A stretch of 64,000 nt of DNA. Source: Massalongia carnosa (lineage: Eukaryota). Shown here one piece after another: positions 10,378 to 22,800 of the stretch. The notes beneath the pieces were generated by a model. The model was not told where the DNA came from. It made no database searches and saw nothing but the letters and a program-made list of their open reading frames with translations. How positions within the stretch are numbered: position 1 is the first letter of the stretch; every line of letters starts with the position of its first letter. The stretch covers positions 806,001 to 870,000 of the forward strand of contig OZ287087.1 in NCBI GenBank assembly GCA_965645245.1, written 5' to 3'. The translations under genes were made by a program, and so were the position numbers.

Positions 10378-12015
10378 TGGCACGGTGCGAAGGCGGGTAA
10401 AATTCAGGTGGTTTAAACGTGAGACTTAATTGTCTAGCTAGATAGGTAGCTACAGTACTAGGCTAAAAGTCTGCGGCCCCGTACCCCACCAACATTTCAA
10501 TCATTCTATTCAATCAACAATCAACCACGTCACGATTGCTGAGATGTCTTGAAACTTTACATAATAATTACATACATACTAAACAAAAATTCCCCCAAAA
10601 ATAAAATTTTAATATTTAGTATACCATCCTTCCGACGCTATACACGCTTTTATCCTCCTATTCATGCTCTCTATTAACCTCCTCATCATTTTCACATCTA
10701 TCAACGTCCAGGCTTCTTCTAACGCTTTCCAAAGTACCTCACGAACAGTTTTATCACTGCCGATTACCAAATCTATGTTCGGGTTGACTTGATAGACTTG
10801 ATAGACGAGCTTTTTGAGCACATACCAAACGTGCTCGATAGGATTTAAATCAGGTCAATAGGGGGGCCAATCGATGACCTCTATGCCGTTCTCATTGAAC
10901 CATTCCATCACCTTTTTAGCCTTATGTATAGGTGCGTTATCCTGCATGAAAATGAGGCCCGGTTGCCAAATTCCAAGCGATTATCGTTCAATAATTCCAT
11001 ATATGAGTTCGCCGAGTACCCTATCTTCTTCGCAGCAAAATCACGAGCCAATTTGTAATGATCTGACCTGTCATCTCCCCAAAAAGCTGCCCAGACCATG
11101 ACACTGACTCCTTTGCCTTTGAGGACAGGTTGTATCATCTCTTTATTCCATTTTTCTTTCGGCAATCTGAACACCCACTGACGCTGTTTTCCTGACCCCT
11201 TTTCTACCGAGCACACATCTGACCATATAACTCTTGACAACTGCTCAAAAGTCCACTCACGCCGCAGCGAGCACCAATCCAATCGTTTCTTGGCCACCTC
11301 AGGCGTCAATAAAGGTCGTTTTAAGCCACCCAGTTGGTTAAACCATACAGTTTGAGTGCCCGATAAATATTCGTACGACTGCAGCCGAGCCCTACTTCTA
11401 GTTTGATTTGTGCATAAGTGATTCGTGGATTGATTCGTGCATAGTTGATAATATAACGTCGATCGCGTTCTGACAGCACTTCAGGCCGTCCAGAACGTGA
11501 TTTAGACACGCCGTCGTTGCGAATTGAGTGCTTCTGAATGCTGCTCTGCACGGTCGATTTAGTGAAATTAAGAGTCTTCCCAATCTCGGTCGGTATGTGC
11601 CCCAACGCCTGGGCCCCAACAATCATACCGCGTTGATATGGCGTCAATTCAGTGTTACGAGGCCGATTACCACTTAGGGGGGTCATAGAAGCACGAAGCA
11701 TGGTGAAATGATGAGGTGGAAGATGGGGGGTTGATGAGTTGAAAACGCGAAATCACGAAAATTACGGGTTGGGCCGCAGACTTTTGGCACGGGACTGTAA
11801 ATAGACAGGACGTTCGACAAGGAGAAAAGAAACAGAGGATCAAGACGGCATTGAACCTGGACGACCGAGCTAGTCAGCTGCCGGAAGATTGTCCCTCCGG
11901 CTCCGGTTGCTTATTCCAACACTAAAAGGATTAAGTAACGAAAGCGGTTAGCGTCACTTAGCTGTTCCTAGTACCTCAGCTTGCTTGCTAACAGCTATTT
12001 TGCTGTTTCGTGACA
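10378..12015 (-). mobile_element. Gypsy-type 5' LTR interrupted by a Tc1 element; internal region mostly missing
   Basis: Minus strand TGTCACGAAA...CGCACCGTGCCA; 3' part matches solo LTR 57172-57543; followed by ACGTTCGA, complementary to TCGAACGT in the LTR; no TSD. Confidence 0.7.
10453..11797 (-). mobile_element. Tc1/mariner DNA transposon, frameshifted copy
   Basis: TA TSDs (10451-2, 11798-9); ~27-bp imperfect TIRs CAGT..AAAAGTCTGCGGCCC; transposase fragments 10609-11701 with WSD, QDNAPIH and PDLNPIE motifs. Confidence 0.93.
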
Positions 12016-13398
12016 ATTAAAAATATTGAGCGCCTTTGTGACATCGTCGTGGATATGTTTTTGCGCTTGCAAAAGCTTCATTGAAGCTTTCAACAATTGT
12101 AACGTCATCAAGTCATTTTTAATGTTCATACGCTTAAGATACTCCTTAATTTTCTCACGTAAGCTTTCCTTCTTTTGTCATGTTTATTCAAGAACGCGTT
12201 TTTGCGGATTGAATGAATTCATCATATTTTTTTCAATCAAAACGATATGATTCGTCTCTACTTGTCGGGGTTTTAACCTGACATAGGGGTTAGGAGGTTC
12301 AATGAATAGGCTTAGCGTCAGCTGAGATGGAAAGAGGGATCAAGGGAGCATGTGCACTAGCGCGATCCACGGTGATAATATCTTCGCCAAGGGCGCACAG
12401 TAATTTCTCCTTGTAGATAAATTTTGGTTTAATAGCGGTTGATTAGAATCGACGATAGCTTCATTACACAATTTATCTACCATCTTATCAGAGCTCTCTT
12501 GGGGTAGACACCCGTTCCAGACAATTTCGAGATAGGGTGAAAGCCCGTTTAAGCATCTTCCAGATCAATCAATCGTGCGGATCCGATTGATAATTTCCAG
12601 AAAACTTCAAGTTGGGTAAAGACCCGTTCTAGTAGATTCAAGACTGATCGTTCGTGTGTATCCGAACCGATCTCCATTCCAGAACGCCACTATGAGTTCG
12701 AAAACCCCCATGACGGCCAGAGAAGCCGGAGCCCCTCGAGGGGACATGGATACTGGCCTAGCTTTTAATAGCTGCGCACGTTCCTTATCACACCACTCAG
12801 CCCGATCGAGCAATAGCATGCCAGGAGCGTTCGAGGATCCCGAACTCTCTTCAGACGAACGAACAATGCCGACGATTGAAGGGGCACCGAACGATAACCC
12901 TTGGACGGGATTGGGCGAGGATAGGGAGTTGTCTCGCTAGATAAACATCTCGGAGCATCCATATTATTATGAGAAAGGGGCAACGGACAACCAACGAGAT
13001 ATAGAATCCGCAAATTCGAAGAATTTCGAGATGTGATCTCGGATGACAGAGAGGGTCCTCGTTGGTACGAGTTCTTTTCCAAGGCAAGCGAATATGATAG
13101 AACACTTTATGACAAGTGTCTCTCTTTTCGAGATGCCGACGAGAAACTTATCGCAGAAAAGAGAATAAGCAGGCGATACAAGCAACAAGCGGAGAGTTTT
13201 GCAACCGAAAAAGAAGAAGGGGAACATCAACTTCTTCTAGCTCAAGAGGAACTATCACATAAGGAGATAGAGTTGGAACAGGCTCTGTCAGCCAAAGATA
13301 GATTGCAAGAAGAGAAGGAAACTCTCGTTCGCAGAGCCGCGGAGAATAACCCCCGCTATCAACGAGAAGATACGTTTGGTACCCAAAACACTGCATCG

Positions 13399-16300
13399 TG
13401 TTGCGAATGCCAAGCCAGCTAGATCATAGCTGACGTAATATGCGAATGCCCTCGCGTATTTTACTGATATGGGAATAGTTACATCTGAGAATTTCTGGTA
13501 TCTTCGATGCTTAGAAATTCAGGTCTATAGACGTTCGAGGAGAATCTCGAATGTTCTATGATCAACATGTATATAACATCACTCCTACGCATAGCTTAGA
13601 GATTAGTCGCAATAATCTGAATTATTTCATTCATAGAAGTTCTGTACTATCCAGAGACTTCTGGCACTCTGCCACCTATTTTCTGTGCATTGGGTCCATC
13701 ATTCTCCATCCATCCCTCCTATTTTAAACAGGTTATGAGCCCGGTTAGCCTATAGTGCTGCCGAGTGATTTTCTTGTGTCAGTTTCGAGGTTATACATAA
13801 CGAGATGGCGGACCAACGCGACTCCACAGACCCTAATACACCAGCAAGTATGACCAGCCCTTCCCCTCCTTCCTCTTCATCTTCTGGCCCCGATGGGCAG
13901 TATACAAAAGCGGTAAGGAAAGGGGATATAAGGGTAGAGCCCAAGCTAGGTGCCGATAATTATTTAACCTGGGCGGAAGAGATGTGGATTCAGCTTAAAT
14001 CTATGAGAGTCCTCAAGTTAGTAGAAGGAAAAACCCCTCAACCAGATACAGTAACCCGACCAAAAGACTTTGACGAATGGGACCACGATGATACCAACGC
14101 ATTGAAATGGATACGGGCCAACTGTGAGAAAAGCCAATTGACTCACCTTCGAAACAAAACAACATCCAAAGCCGCCTGGGACGCTCTAAAGAAGGTCCAT
14201 GGAGTCCACGCCAGAGGAAGAATCAACTATTTATTGAAGCGATTCTATACCTACAAGGCTGGATCCAGCGACTCTATCGATGATATAGCAGGGGCCCTTG
14301 AGACCTTACGAGTCCAGATTGCGGACATAAAATCGGAGTTTGAGCCTCACGATGCGTTGATGGCCATAGCCCTGATGAGTGCCGTGGAGGACCCTGCATT
14401 TGATACAACAAAGCTTTTATTGGAACGGGAACCCGAGCTTACCTTGGAAGCAACTAAGGAGGCCTTGAAAGCGACGGAGCAGCGACTAAAATTCGAAAAG
14501 GATGACTCTGTCGAGGATGCCCATCGAGCGAATGCAAAAAAGGGTAAAGGGCCACCAAAGAAGTGCGACCATTGCGGGAAACTTGGACATATCCGAATCT
14601 ATTGCTGGAGCTGGCTTGATGACACCGACGAAGGCCAGGAATGGGAACGCACCCATCCTGAGCAACGGAGTAAACCGAAGTCCAAATCCGAAACATCAAA
14701 ACCTGTACCCAAATTGAAATCACGGAGTACCACTAGGCCTACCTCCACGAGCAATACCAGTTCTTCCAACTTCAGTGGCCGAAGCAAAGGCACTGCCCGG
14801 CCGGCTAATGAAGAGGACTTTGACGATGGTGCCAGTGAGGATGAGGGGTGGATGGCCGTGGATATAAAAGAGGAGGTTATTGATGAGAAAGTTGAAAAAT
14901 TAGAAGAAATTTTTGAAGTCCGTGAAGGTGCAGAGGATAAAACTAGTGGCTGGATGCTAGACTCTGGTGCTTCACGTCATATGACCTATATGCGAAATAT
15001 CTTCACGAAATTCGAATACCACCGCACCCCAATTCGAATTGCTAATGGCCAGAGGCTTTGGAGCAAGGGTAAGGGTGATATTTCTGTGGATATCGATGGT
15101 GTTGCCATTCGCATGACCGACGTTTTATACGTACCCCAACTGGATGCAAACCTACTGTCTATTTCGGCATTAAACAAAAAGGGGTTAAATGTCTTGTTTC
15201 ATGGAAAAGGTGTGGAGATCCTGCGGAAGGGTACCTCAGTGGCCAGTGGTTTTCTTAGAGGACGTACGTATTTCTTGCGGACCTCTCAGGTTGCCTTACA
15301 GGCATTCGCGGAAATCAGCGAAAATATCGAGGAAGCCAACCCCGAAGATCCTAAATCGTCGAACAAGCCTACAATAACAGCAAGAGATTGCACGCGAGAA
15401 AAATCGGTATCACCTGTAGGTCAAGAAAGGCCAGAAGAGCGTGAATACAGGCTGTGGCACGCCCGAATGGGTCACCCCAGCCCAAAACGACTCCAGGATT
15501 TATACCGCTATGCGTCTGGAATAACTTCCTTTTCACCAACTGTTACACAACTTTCATGTTCTATCTGCAACTTTACCAAGTTAACTCGAGTGGTCAGTCA
15601 CGAGCCGTTTTCGAAAACAGTCCGGCCATTGGCCAGGATTCACACGGATATCTGGGGCCCCTATCGTACGGCTAGCCTCGGAGGCCATTCGTACTTTATT
15701 TCATTGATTGATGACTTTACACGGAAGTCCTGGCTAATTCTCCTTAAAAACCGACGAACCATTTATGGAGCTATCAAAGAGTGGATCAATGTCGTTGAAA
15801 GAGAAAAGAATCAGCAGGTAATCAAATTCCGATTCGACAATGCTAAGGAGTACAAGAAATTCATGGAACTTATTCGACCCGATGGCATTCGCGCTGAACC
15901 CACTACACCGTATACTCCAGAACAGAATGGAGTTGCGGAACGATATAACCGAACAATCGTTCAAATGATTAGGTCCATGCTCGTATGGGCGAAATTGCCT
16001 CATTCCTTCTGGGGAGAAGCAGCAATGACTGCTAACTATCTCAGAAACCTCCTCCCTACCGCCAAAGTTAACCAGTCACCCGAAGAAAAATGGACGCAGC
16101 AAAAACCGGACATCAGCCATCTACGCACCTTTGGCTGCTTGGTTCACGTTCATATCCCGAAGGAAAATCGATCCAAGCTGGATAAAGTATCCTGGCAAGG
16201 AATTTTCGTCGGATATCACTCTTCAAACCAATATCGCATTTATAATCCAAAAACGAGCAAGGTAGAATGGCATACTTCAATTAAGTTCCTAGAAAATACA

Positions 16301-18883
16301 CCCGGCGGGATCATTCTAGGAGGAGCAAAACCAAATGAGGATCGCGAGTTATTCGTACAGTCCGGCGTCACTAATGATGCTGACGACAATAGTACTGATA
16401 ACGAGGATGACACAAATAAACCTGATTCTGATCAAGTGGGAGCGCCTGAGGGTGTTCAAAATCAGGTTAGAGACGAAAATTCAGGAGGGGATTCAGGATC
16501 AAATCCTGAAAATCAGCAAGTTATCACTGATTCATCCCCTAATGCTTATCAGCGACCAGATGGTTCAACATTCCGGTCGCAAAATCATAATCGAAACTCT
16601 TCCACTCCTACGAACCCTTCCACTTCCGTATCTTCATCAACCATCAATTCTTCTTCTTCCACTATACGAACCTCTGCTAATAAGCCTACTCGTCGATCAA
16701 CGCGGGAGCGAAAGCCATTCGATAAGTACGGCTTCGATAAAGCACACGGGCATACAGCTCGGAAAGCAGACATGGACGCAAACCTAGACCAGAGTGGTCA
16801 CAAGCAAGTTTATCAAACCCCCAAGCTATCCGAACCCCGCTCCTATAAAGAAGCCATCAAATGCATTGACTGGCGTAAATGGCTAATAGCAATAGACGAG
16901 GAGCTTTGTGCCCTCATTGCTAATGGCACATGGGAGTATTGTAAGCGGCCGCATGGCAGAAATATCGTGACGTCCAAATGGGTATTCAAGATAAAATATA
17001 CGGTCAACAATTTCATAGACCGCTACAAGGCCCGCCTAGTTGCACGAGGATATACACAAATATTCGGCCTAGATTACGAGGAGACCTTTTCACCCACACT
17101 CCGTCAGGAATCTTTGCGGATGCTTTTGTCGCTCGCAGCATACTTCGGGTTTGAAATCGAGCAAATGGATGTTCCGAATGCCTATCTTAAAGCGGATCTA
17201 GAAGAAATTATTTACATGGAGATGCCCGAAGGCCTCACGCCACCACCAGGCTATGAAGACTGCGTATTACGACTACGGAAGGGCCTTTACGGATTGAAGC
17301 AATCTGGACGAGAGTGGAACAAAAGAATATCTAAATTCCTGCGTTCTATTGGCTATAAGACCCTCACAGGCGATAATTGTGTCTTTGTCAACCAAACCTC
17401 GCACGTAATCATCGCGTTGTACGTAGATGATTTACTAATTTTCTCAAAGAGCAAGACAGCGATCAAAGATGTCAAAGAGCTATTAAATCTTGAGTACAAA
17501 ATGAAAGACCTAGGGCCAGCACAGTACGTGTTGGGTATTCGCATTCGACGTGAAGGAAAACGGGTTTTCCTCGATCAATCCAACTACATCAAGAACTTCC
17601 TTCGCGATTACCAGATGGATAACGCCAATCCAGTACTAACACCACTAGACGGGAAAGAAAGCCTTACACCTGCAACGGCTGACGAGCCCAGAACCAATCA
17701 ATTAGAATATCAGAAGCGTATTGGCAGTGTCATGTACGCTATGGTAAGCACGAGGCCAGACCTCGCTTTTGCAGTTGGAAAACTCAGTCAGTACACGCAT
17801 GATCCAGCCACGAGGCACCGAACAGCCCTTGACCGAGTCCTCAAATATCTCAAAGGGACAGCCGACCTAGCCCTCGTATACGACCATAACCGTAACGGTG
17901 ATCTCATTAGCTTTGCGGATGCCGCATACGGCGATGACGTCAATGACCGCAAGTCAACCTACGGGCATACAATGTTATTGGGCAATGGGGCAGTGATTTG
18001 GGCAAGCAAGAAGCAACGATCAGTGGTTACGTCAACAATGGAGGCAGAATATTCATCCATGTGCCAAGCAGGCAAGGATATCGTATGGGTGACAAGGTGG
18101 ATGAATGAATTGGGATTTGGCAAGCATATGAACTTCCCGATCAAAGCTGAACGGTGATAATCAGGGAACCCTAGACTTGATCAGAAACCCGAGCATCATA
18201 GCCGATCAAAACACAAAGACATCCAACTCCACTACCTTCGCGAAGTCATCAACGATGGCTATGCTTCAACTGGTCACGTATCCACACACGAGATGATAGC
18301 TGATATAGTCACCAAGCCCTTGGGAGCAACCATGTTCAAAGAACTACGAGCCAAGCTTGGTGTGCAAGAGGTGGAATAAGAAAAGGGGAACACAGGCTCA
18401 GTGGGAGCTAATGGACCAAATCAGATTGCACACAACAGGTCCAAACCAAATTCAAATTGCATACGGAAGAGGTGAATTGATAAACGGTTTAGGAGTTAGG
18501 GATACAGGTGTTTTTTCTGTTAAAATTTCTCAGCTGACTTTGCAGTGGGAGTGTTGCGAATGCCAAGCCAGCTAGATCATAGCTGACGTAATATGCGAAT
18601 GCCCTCGCGTATTTTACTGATATGGGAATAGTTACATCTGAGAATTTCTGGTATCTTCGATGCTTAGAAATTCAGGTCTATAGACGTTCGAGGAGAATCT
18701 CGAATGTTCTATGATCAACATGTATATAACATCACTCCTACGCATAGCTTAGAGATTAGTCGCAATAATCTGAATTATTTCATTCATAGAAGTTCTGTAC
18801 TATCCAGAGACTTCTGGCACTCTGCCACCTATTTTCTGTGCATTGGGTCCATCATTCTCCATCCATCCCTCCTATTTTAAACA
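13399..18883 (+). mobile_element. Young Ty1/Copia LTR retrotransposon (C1) nested in E2 gag
   Basis: 332-bp LTRs 13399-13730 and 18552-18883, no differences seen; TSD CATCG; PBS GGTTATGAGCCCGG at 13731. Confidence 0.97.
13805..18157 (+). CDS. C1 Gag-Pol polyprotein (gag, PR, IN, RT, RNase H), C-terminus disrupted
   Basis: CDHCGKLGHIRIYC knuckle, WMLDSGAS, WHARMGH, TPEQNGVAER, YKARLVARG, LYVDD, FADA; the RNase H tail resumes in frame from 18191 to 18379. Confidence 0.95.
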   Translation: MADQRDSTDPNTPASMTSPSPPSSSSSGPDGQYTKAVRKGDIRVEPKLGADNYLTWAEEMWIQLKSMRVLKLVEGKTPQPDTVTRPKDFDEWDHDDTNALKWIRANCEKSQLTHLRNKTTSKAAWDALKKVHGVHARGRINYLLKRFYTYKAGSSDSIDDIAGALETLRVQIADIKSEFEPHDALMAIALMSAVEDPAFDTTKLLLEREPELTLEATKEALKATEQRLKFEKDDSVEDAHRANAKKGKGPPKKCDHCGKLGHIRIYCWSWLDDTDEGQEWERTHPEQRSKPKSKSETSKPVPKLKSRSTTRPTSTSNTSSSNFSGRSKGTARPANEEDFDDGASEDEGWMAVDIKEEVIDEKVEKLEEIFEVREGAEDKTSGWMLDSGASRHMTYMRNIFTKFEYHRTPIRIANGQRLWSKGKGDISVDIDGVAIRMTDVLYVPQLDANLLSISALNKKGLNVLFHGKGVEILRKGTSVASGFLRGRTYFLRTSQVALQAFAEISENIEEANPEDPKSSNKPTITARDCTREKSVSPVGQERPEEREYRLWHARMGHPSPKRLQDLYRYASGITSFSPTVTQLSCSICNFTKLTRVVSHEPFSKTVRPLARIHTDIWGPYRTASLGGHSYFISLIDDFTRKSWLILLKNRRTIYGAIKEWINVVEREKNQQVIKFRFDNAKEYKKFMELIRPDGIRAEPTTPYTPEQNGVAERYNRTIVQMIRSMLVWAKLPHSFWGEAAMTANYLRNLLPTAKVNQSPEEKWTQQKPDISHLRTFGCLVHVHIPKENRSKLDKVSWQGIFVGYHSSNQYRIYNPKTSKVEWHTSIKFLENTPGGIILGGAKPNEDRELFVQSGVTNDADDNSTDNEDDTNKPDSDQVGAPEGVQNQVRDENSGGDSGSNPENQQVITDSSPNAYQRPDGSTFRSQNHNRNSSTPTNPSTSVSSSTINSSSSTIRTSANKPTRRSTRERKPFDKYGFDKAHGHTARKADMDANLDQSGHKQVYQTPKLSEPRSYKEAIKCIDWRKWLIAIDEELCALIANGTWEYCKRPHGRNIVTSKWVFKIKYTVNNFIDRYKARLVARGYTQIFGLDYEETFSPTLRQESLRMLLSLAAYFGFEIEQMDVPNAYLKADLEEIIYMEMPEGLTPPPGYEDCVLRLRKGLYGLKQSGREWNKRISKFLRSIGYKTLTGDNCVFVNQTSHVIIALYVDDLLIFSKSKTAIKDVKELLNLEYKMKDLGPAQYVLGIRIRREGKRVFLDQSNYIKNFLRDYQMDNANPVLTPLDGKESLTPATADEPRTNQLEYQKRIGSVMYAMVSTRPDLAFAVGKLSQYTHDPATRHRTALDRVLKYLKGTADLALVYDHNRNGDLISFADAAYGDDVNDRKSTYGHTMLLGNGAVIWASKKQRSVVTSTMEAEYSSMCQAGKDIVWVTRWMNELGFGKHMNFPIKAER

Positions 18884-19809
18884 CATCGAATCCCCAGAAC
18901 TGGCGTCCCCGGGGGATCAAACCTAGTAAGCTCCTCAGAGGCGAGGACCCTGAAGAATATAGCCCATGTGCTTATTCTATTCAAAAAAAATTGAAAACTG
19001 ACTCACCATTGTATGCCGATGAGAGCGAGAAGGTTAGATATGCGTTGTCACAGATGGAGGCTCCGATCTTTGGAGCCATGCATTCTTGGGTAGCCGACAC
19101 GGGGGATTCCCTCACTATCGACGCCTTGTTCGAGGAAATCGAACATTACATGGGGATTCATCTGCAAAGCCGAGATGCCAAGAAGGAACTGATTGCCATC
19201 ACCATGAAAGGAGGTGAGAGCGTGAGCGAGTACTACCACCGTATTTTCAAGCTCTGGCAAAAGGCGAAGACCCCTGTCGACGAGAGAATCGAGAAATTCC
19301 TCGTGACATTGAAACCGAGCATCTCCAGCTCGTTGATGGGTTCGGTGTTCACGGAATTCCGTCCCCTACTTGACGAGGCTCGGAGAATCGAGGATCGCCG
19401 AAAGGATGTGGCCCAGCACTTCCCTCGCCCCGAGAAACAACTCCCGTCAAAGAACGCCGGCAAAGGGAGCAACTTCTCGGGAGGACAATCAACTGGGGGA
19501 AAGTCTTTATACTCCCCCTCTCATCAACTCAAGAAAACCGAGGATCGCCCGAGCAGCACCAAACCCGCCCCGACGATCGTGAAACCAACAGGTTGGACAG
19601 GTGCTTGGTACGATCCAGACCCGAATCCAAAGAAACTGGAGAACGACGATCGGGAAACCTTGTCCGCTCAGAGTAGATGCTGGGCTTGCAGGGGATCAGG
19701 ACATCGGGGGAGCGACTCAATATGTCCTCAGCACAAAAAGAGGAAACTCAACGCCATGAAATCAATAGAAACCGATTCCGGTTCTGAATCGGACTCGGGG
19801 AAAGCTTAG
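18884..19809 (+). pseudogene. gag: E2 gag, 3' part
   Basis: Closely similar to E1 gag (NPQNWRPRG...ESDSGKA); N-terminal part lies left of the Copia. Confidence 0.9.
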
Positions 19810-22800
19810 TCCTTGATCAAAATCACGGTCAAGGACTCTCAGAGGGGGATGTTGTTAATGAGAACGGTGAAGCTGAAATAAAGAGAGTTAGGGTCTCTAA
19901 TTGTGCTTTCCGCGATACTGAAAAGAAAATCGAGGGCAAGCATTTAGTATTTAAACTAGCGTGGCTGGAATTAAAACCAGTTTACTTGTCGATAATGGAA
20001 GTGAAGCCGAGCTCATTGACGAATCCTTTGCGCGTATTCATAAATTAAACACCTTCAAACTGGACAAGAAGGTGAAACTTACTCTTGGCAACGGAGAAGT
20101 AGTCCAACTTCTCACCAAAGCTGCTCTAATCGAGATAAAGATCGGAGATCATGATGAACAAGTTCGGTGCTATATAGAAAAACTTGATACGTACTCAGTT
20201 ATTTAGGGGATGGGTGACTACAAACCCACAACCCGAGTATTAAATGGAAAGAGCGAACTATGAAGTTCAACTCTTCGGATTGTTTAGAAAAAGGATGTCT
20301 CACACGGGGGATAACTTGCACGGAGTTTGCCATAGGTAGCAAGGTCAAAGACAGGATTGAGCCAAAGGGGGCCATAGAAGTTTTCCCAGTTAACGCGAAG
20401 CACTTCTTTCGCATAGCTAGAAAGAAGGATCATGAAGGATATCTGTGGATTCCTCAAGAGAAGAAAAAAGCCTGTTGTGCGACAACCACAGGGGCTGTAA
20501 CATCAGGAGATTACGACAAGTTCATGAAGGGGAAACCCGAGTACACTCGCGAGGAGCTATTGAAGAGAGTTCCCGCGGCATATCACAGCGTGATAGAAGT
20601 CTTCATGAAACATAAAGCTGACGAATTGCCCTAGCATCGAAAGGAGGATCATCAAATAAACCTCGAAGAAGGAAAAGAACCTCCTTATGTAAGAAATTAC
20701 AGACCTATGTCCGAACAAGAAATGGAAGCGGTGAAGAAATATATCGATGAACATCTAGGAAAAAGTTTCATCCGCCCGAGCTCCTCGAGTGCAGCTGCTC
20801 CGGTCCTGTTGGTTAGAAAACCTGGAGGGGGACTGAGGTTTTGCGTAGACTATCGTGCCTTGAATTCGATTACAATCAAAAATCGATATCCTATTCCATT
20901 AATCAATGAGACCCTCGGAAAGCTTTCACAAGCTAAGAAGTTCACAAAGCTAGATGTTATCTCCGCGTTCAATCGTATGAGAATGAAAGAGGGTCATGAA
21001 TGGCTCACCGCGTTTAATACAAGATACGGCCAATTCGAATACTTAGTAATGCCCTTCGGTTTATGCAACGCTCCAGGAACCTTTCAGAGCTTTATAAACG
21101 ATACTGTTCGAGAATATCTGGACGTCTTTTGCAGGGCATACTTAAACGACGTCTTGATTTACAGCGAGATTGAGGAGGAACATTCAGATCAAGTTTTTAA
21201 GATTCTAAAGAGACTACAAGAACGAGGAATTCAAGTCGACATCGACAAATGTGAATTCTCAGTGACGGAAGTAAAGTATCTCGGACTAATAGTCACCACT
21301 GATGGGATAAAGATGGATCCCGAGAAAATAGAAGCAGTTTTAAAATGGGCAACACCAGAATCTGTAAAAGACCAACAAGCATTCCTAGGTTTTGCGAATT
21401 TCTATCGGAGATTCATATCAAGATTCTCGCAAAGAACAAGATCATTAACTGAACTAACAAAAGGCGAGCAAATAACCACAAAGTCGGGAAATAAACGAAC
21501 CAATTATAACACTTTCCTTTGGTCTGAGGACTGTCAGGGAGCCTTTGAGAATTTGAAGGAGGCATTCACTACAGCACCAGTGTTAGCACATTATGTTCCT
21601 GCTTTAGAGACCTGGGTAGAGACGGATTCCTCGGATTTCGTCAGCGCCGGGGTTCTCTCTCAGATGCACGATGGAGTATTGAAACCGGTGGCTTACTTCT
21701 CTAAAAAGATGGCACCCGCCGAGTGTAATTATATGATATACGACAAGGAGCTCTTAGCCATCGTAAAAAGCTTTGAAGTCTGGCGACCCGAGATTGCCAG
21801 TGCAGCCCCAGATAAACCAGTGAAGGTTTACACGGATCATAAGAACTTGGAACACTTCATGACAACAAAGCGATTGAACCGCAGGCAAGCCAGATGGGCG
21901 GAATTCCTATCGGAATTCAATTTCAAGATCACGTATCGGCCGGGAAAACAAGGTGAGAAACCAGACACATTAACCCGCCGGTCTCAAGATCTTCCAAAGG
22001 GATTAGAAGATAGTCGTCAGCAACATCAATTTCAAACATTGTTGCAAGAGCATCAGTTAGACGACGACGTACGAAAAGCGTTATCCGTGGTTTTTTGTAC
22101 AAATACAGCAAACACCAGTATCAACGATGAGAACGAAGATCAAGATAATTAAAGCGAAACCACCGAAGAAGACATCTTAGAAAGGACAGAGAAGGCTGAC
22201 AATGAACAAGAACTCGTCGCAAATGAAGGCAAAGAGATAGAAGAAAAATTCTAGAAGAACATATAGAAGAAGCTTATGAAAAAGACGAAATAGCCAAGAC
22301 ATAATATCAGCAAAGAAAAAGGAATTAAGAAAACTCCCACTAAACCTCATAAAAAGAGGGATAAAGCTAGCCATGGGGGACCTTAAGCTGGAAGATCACA
22401 AGCTATATGTCAAGGGAAGATTATATATCCCAAACCATGAACCCTTACAGCTATATCTTTTAAAAAACATCACGAACCGTCCTTATAAGGCCATGCAGGA
22501 TATAAAAGCATGTATCAAATCATGAGAGAAAATTACTTCTGGTTCGAGATGAAAGATCATTGCAAACGATATGAGGTGAACTGCTCTGTCTGCCGAAGGT
22601 CCAAAGCGTATAATGATAAAAAGCAAGGTTTATTGAATCCTCTTCCTATACCGAATAGAAAATGGACGGATGTTTCATTGGACTTCGTCGAATTCCTTCC
22701 CGAATGCCGCAGACGAAATAGAGTATATCAGCACATATTGGTAGTCATAGATCGTTTGACAAAAAGACGTTTATGAACCATTAACATCTCTTTCTGCAGA

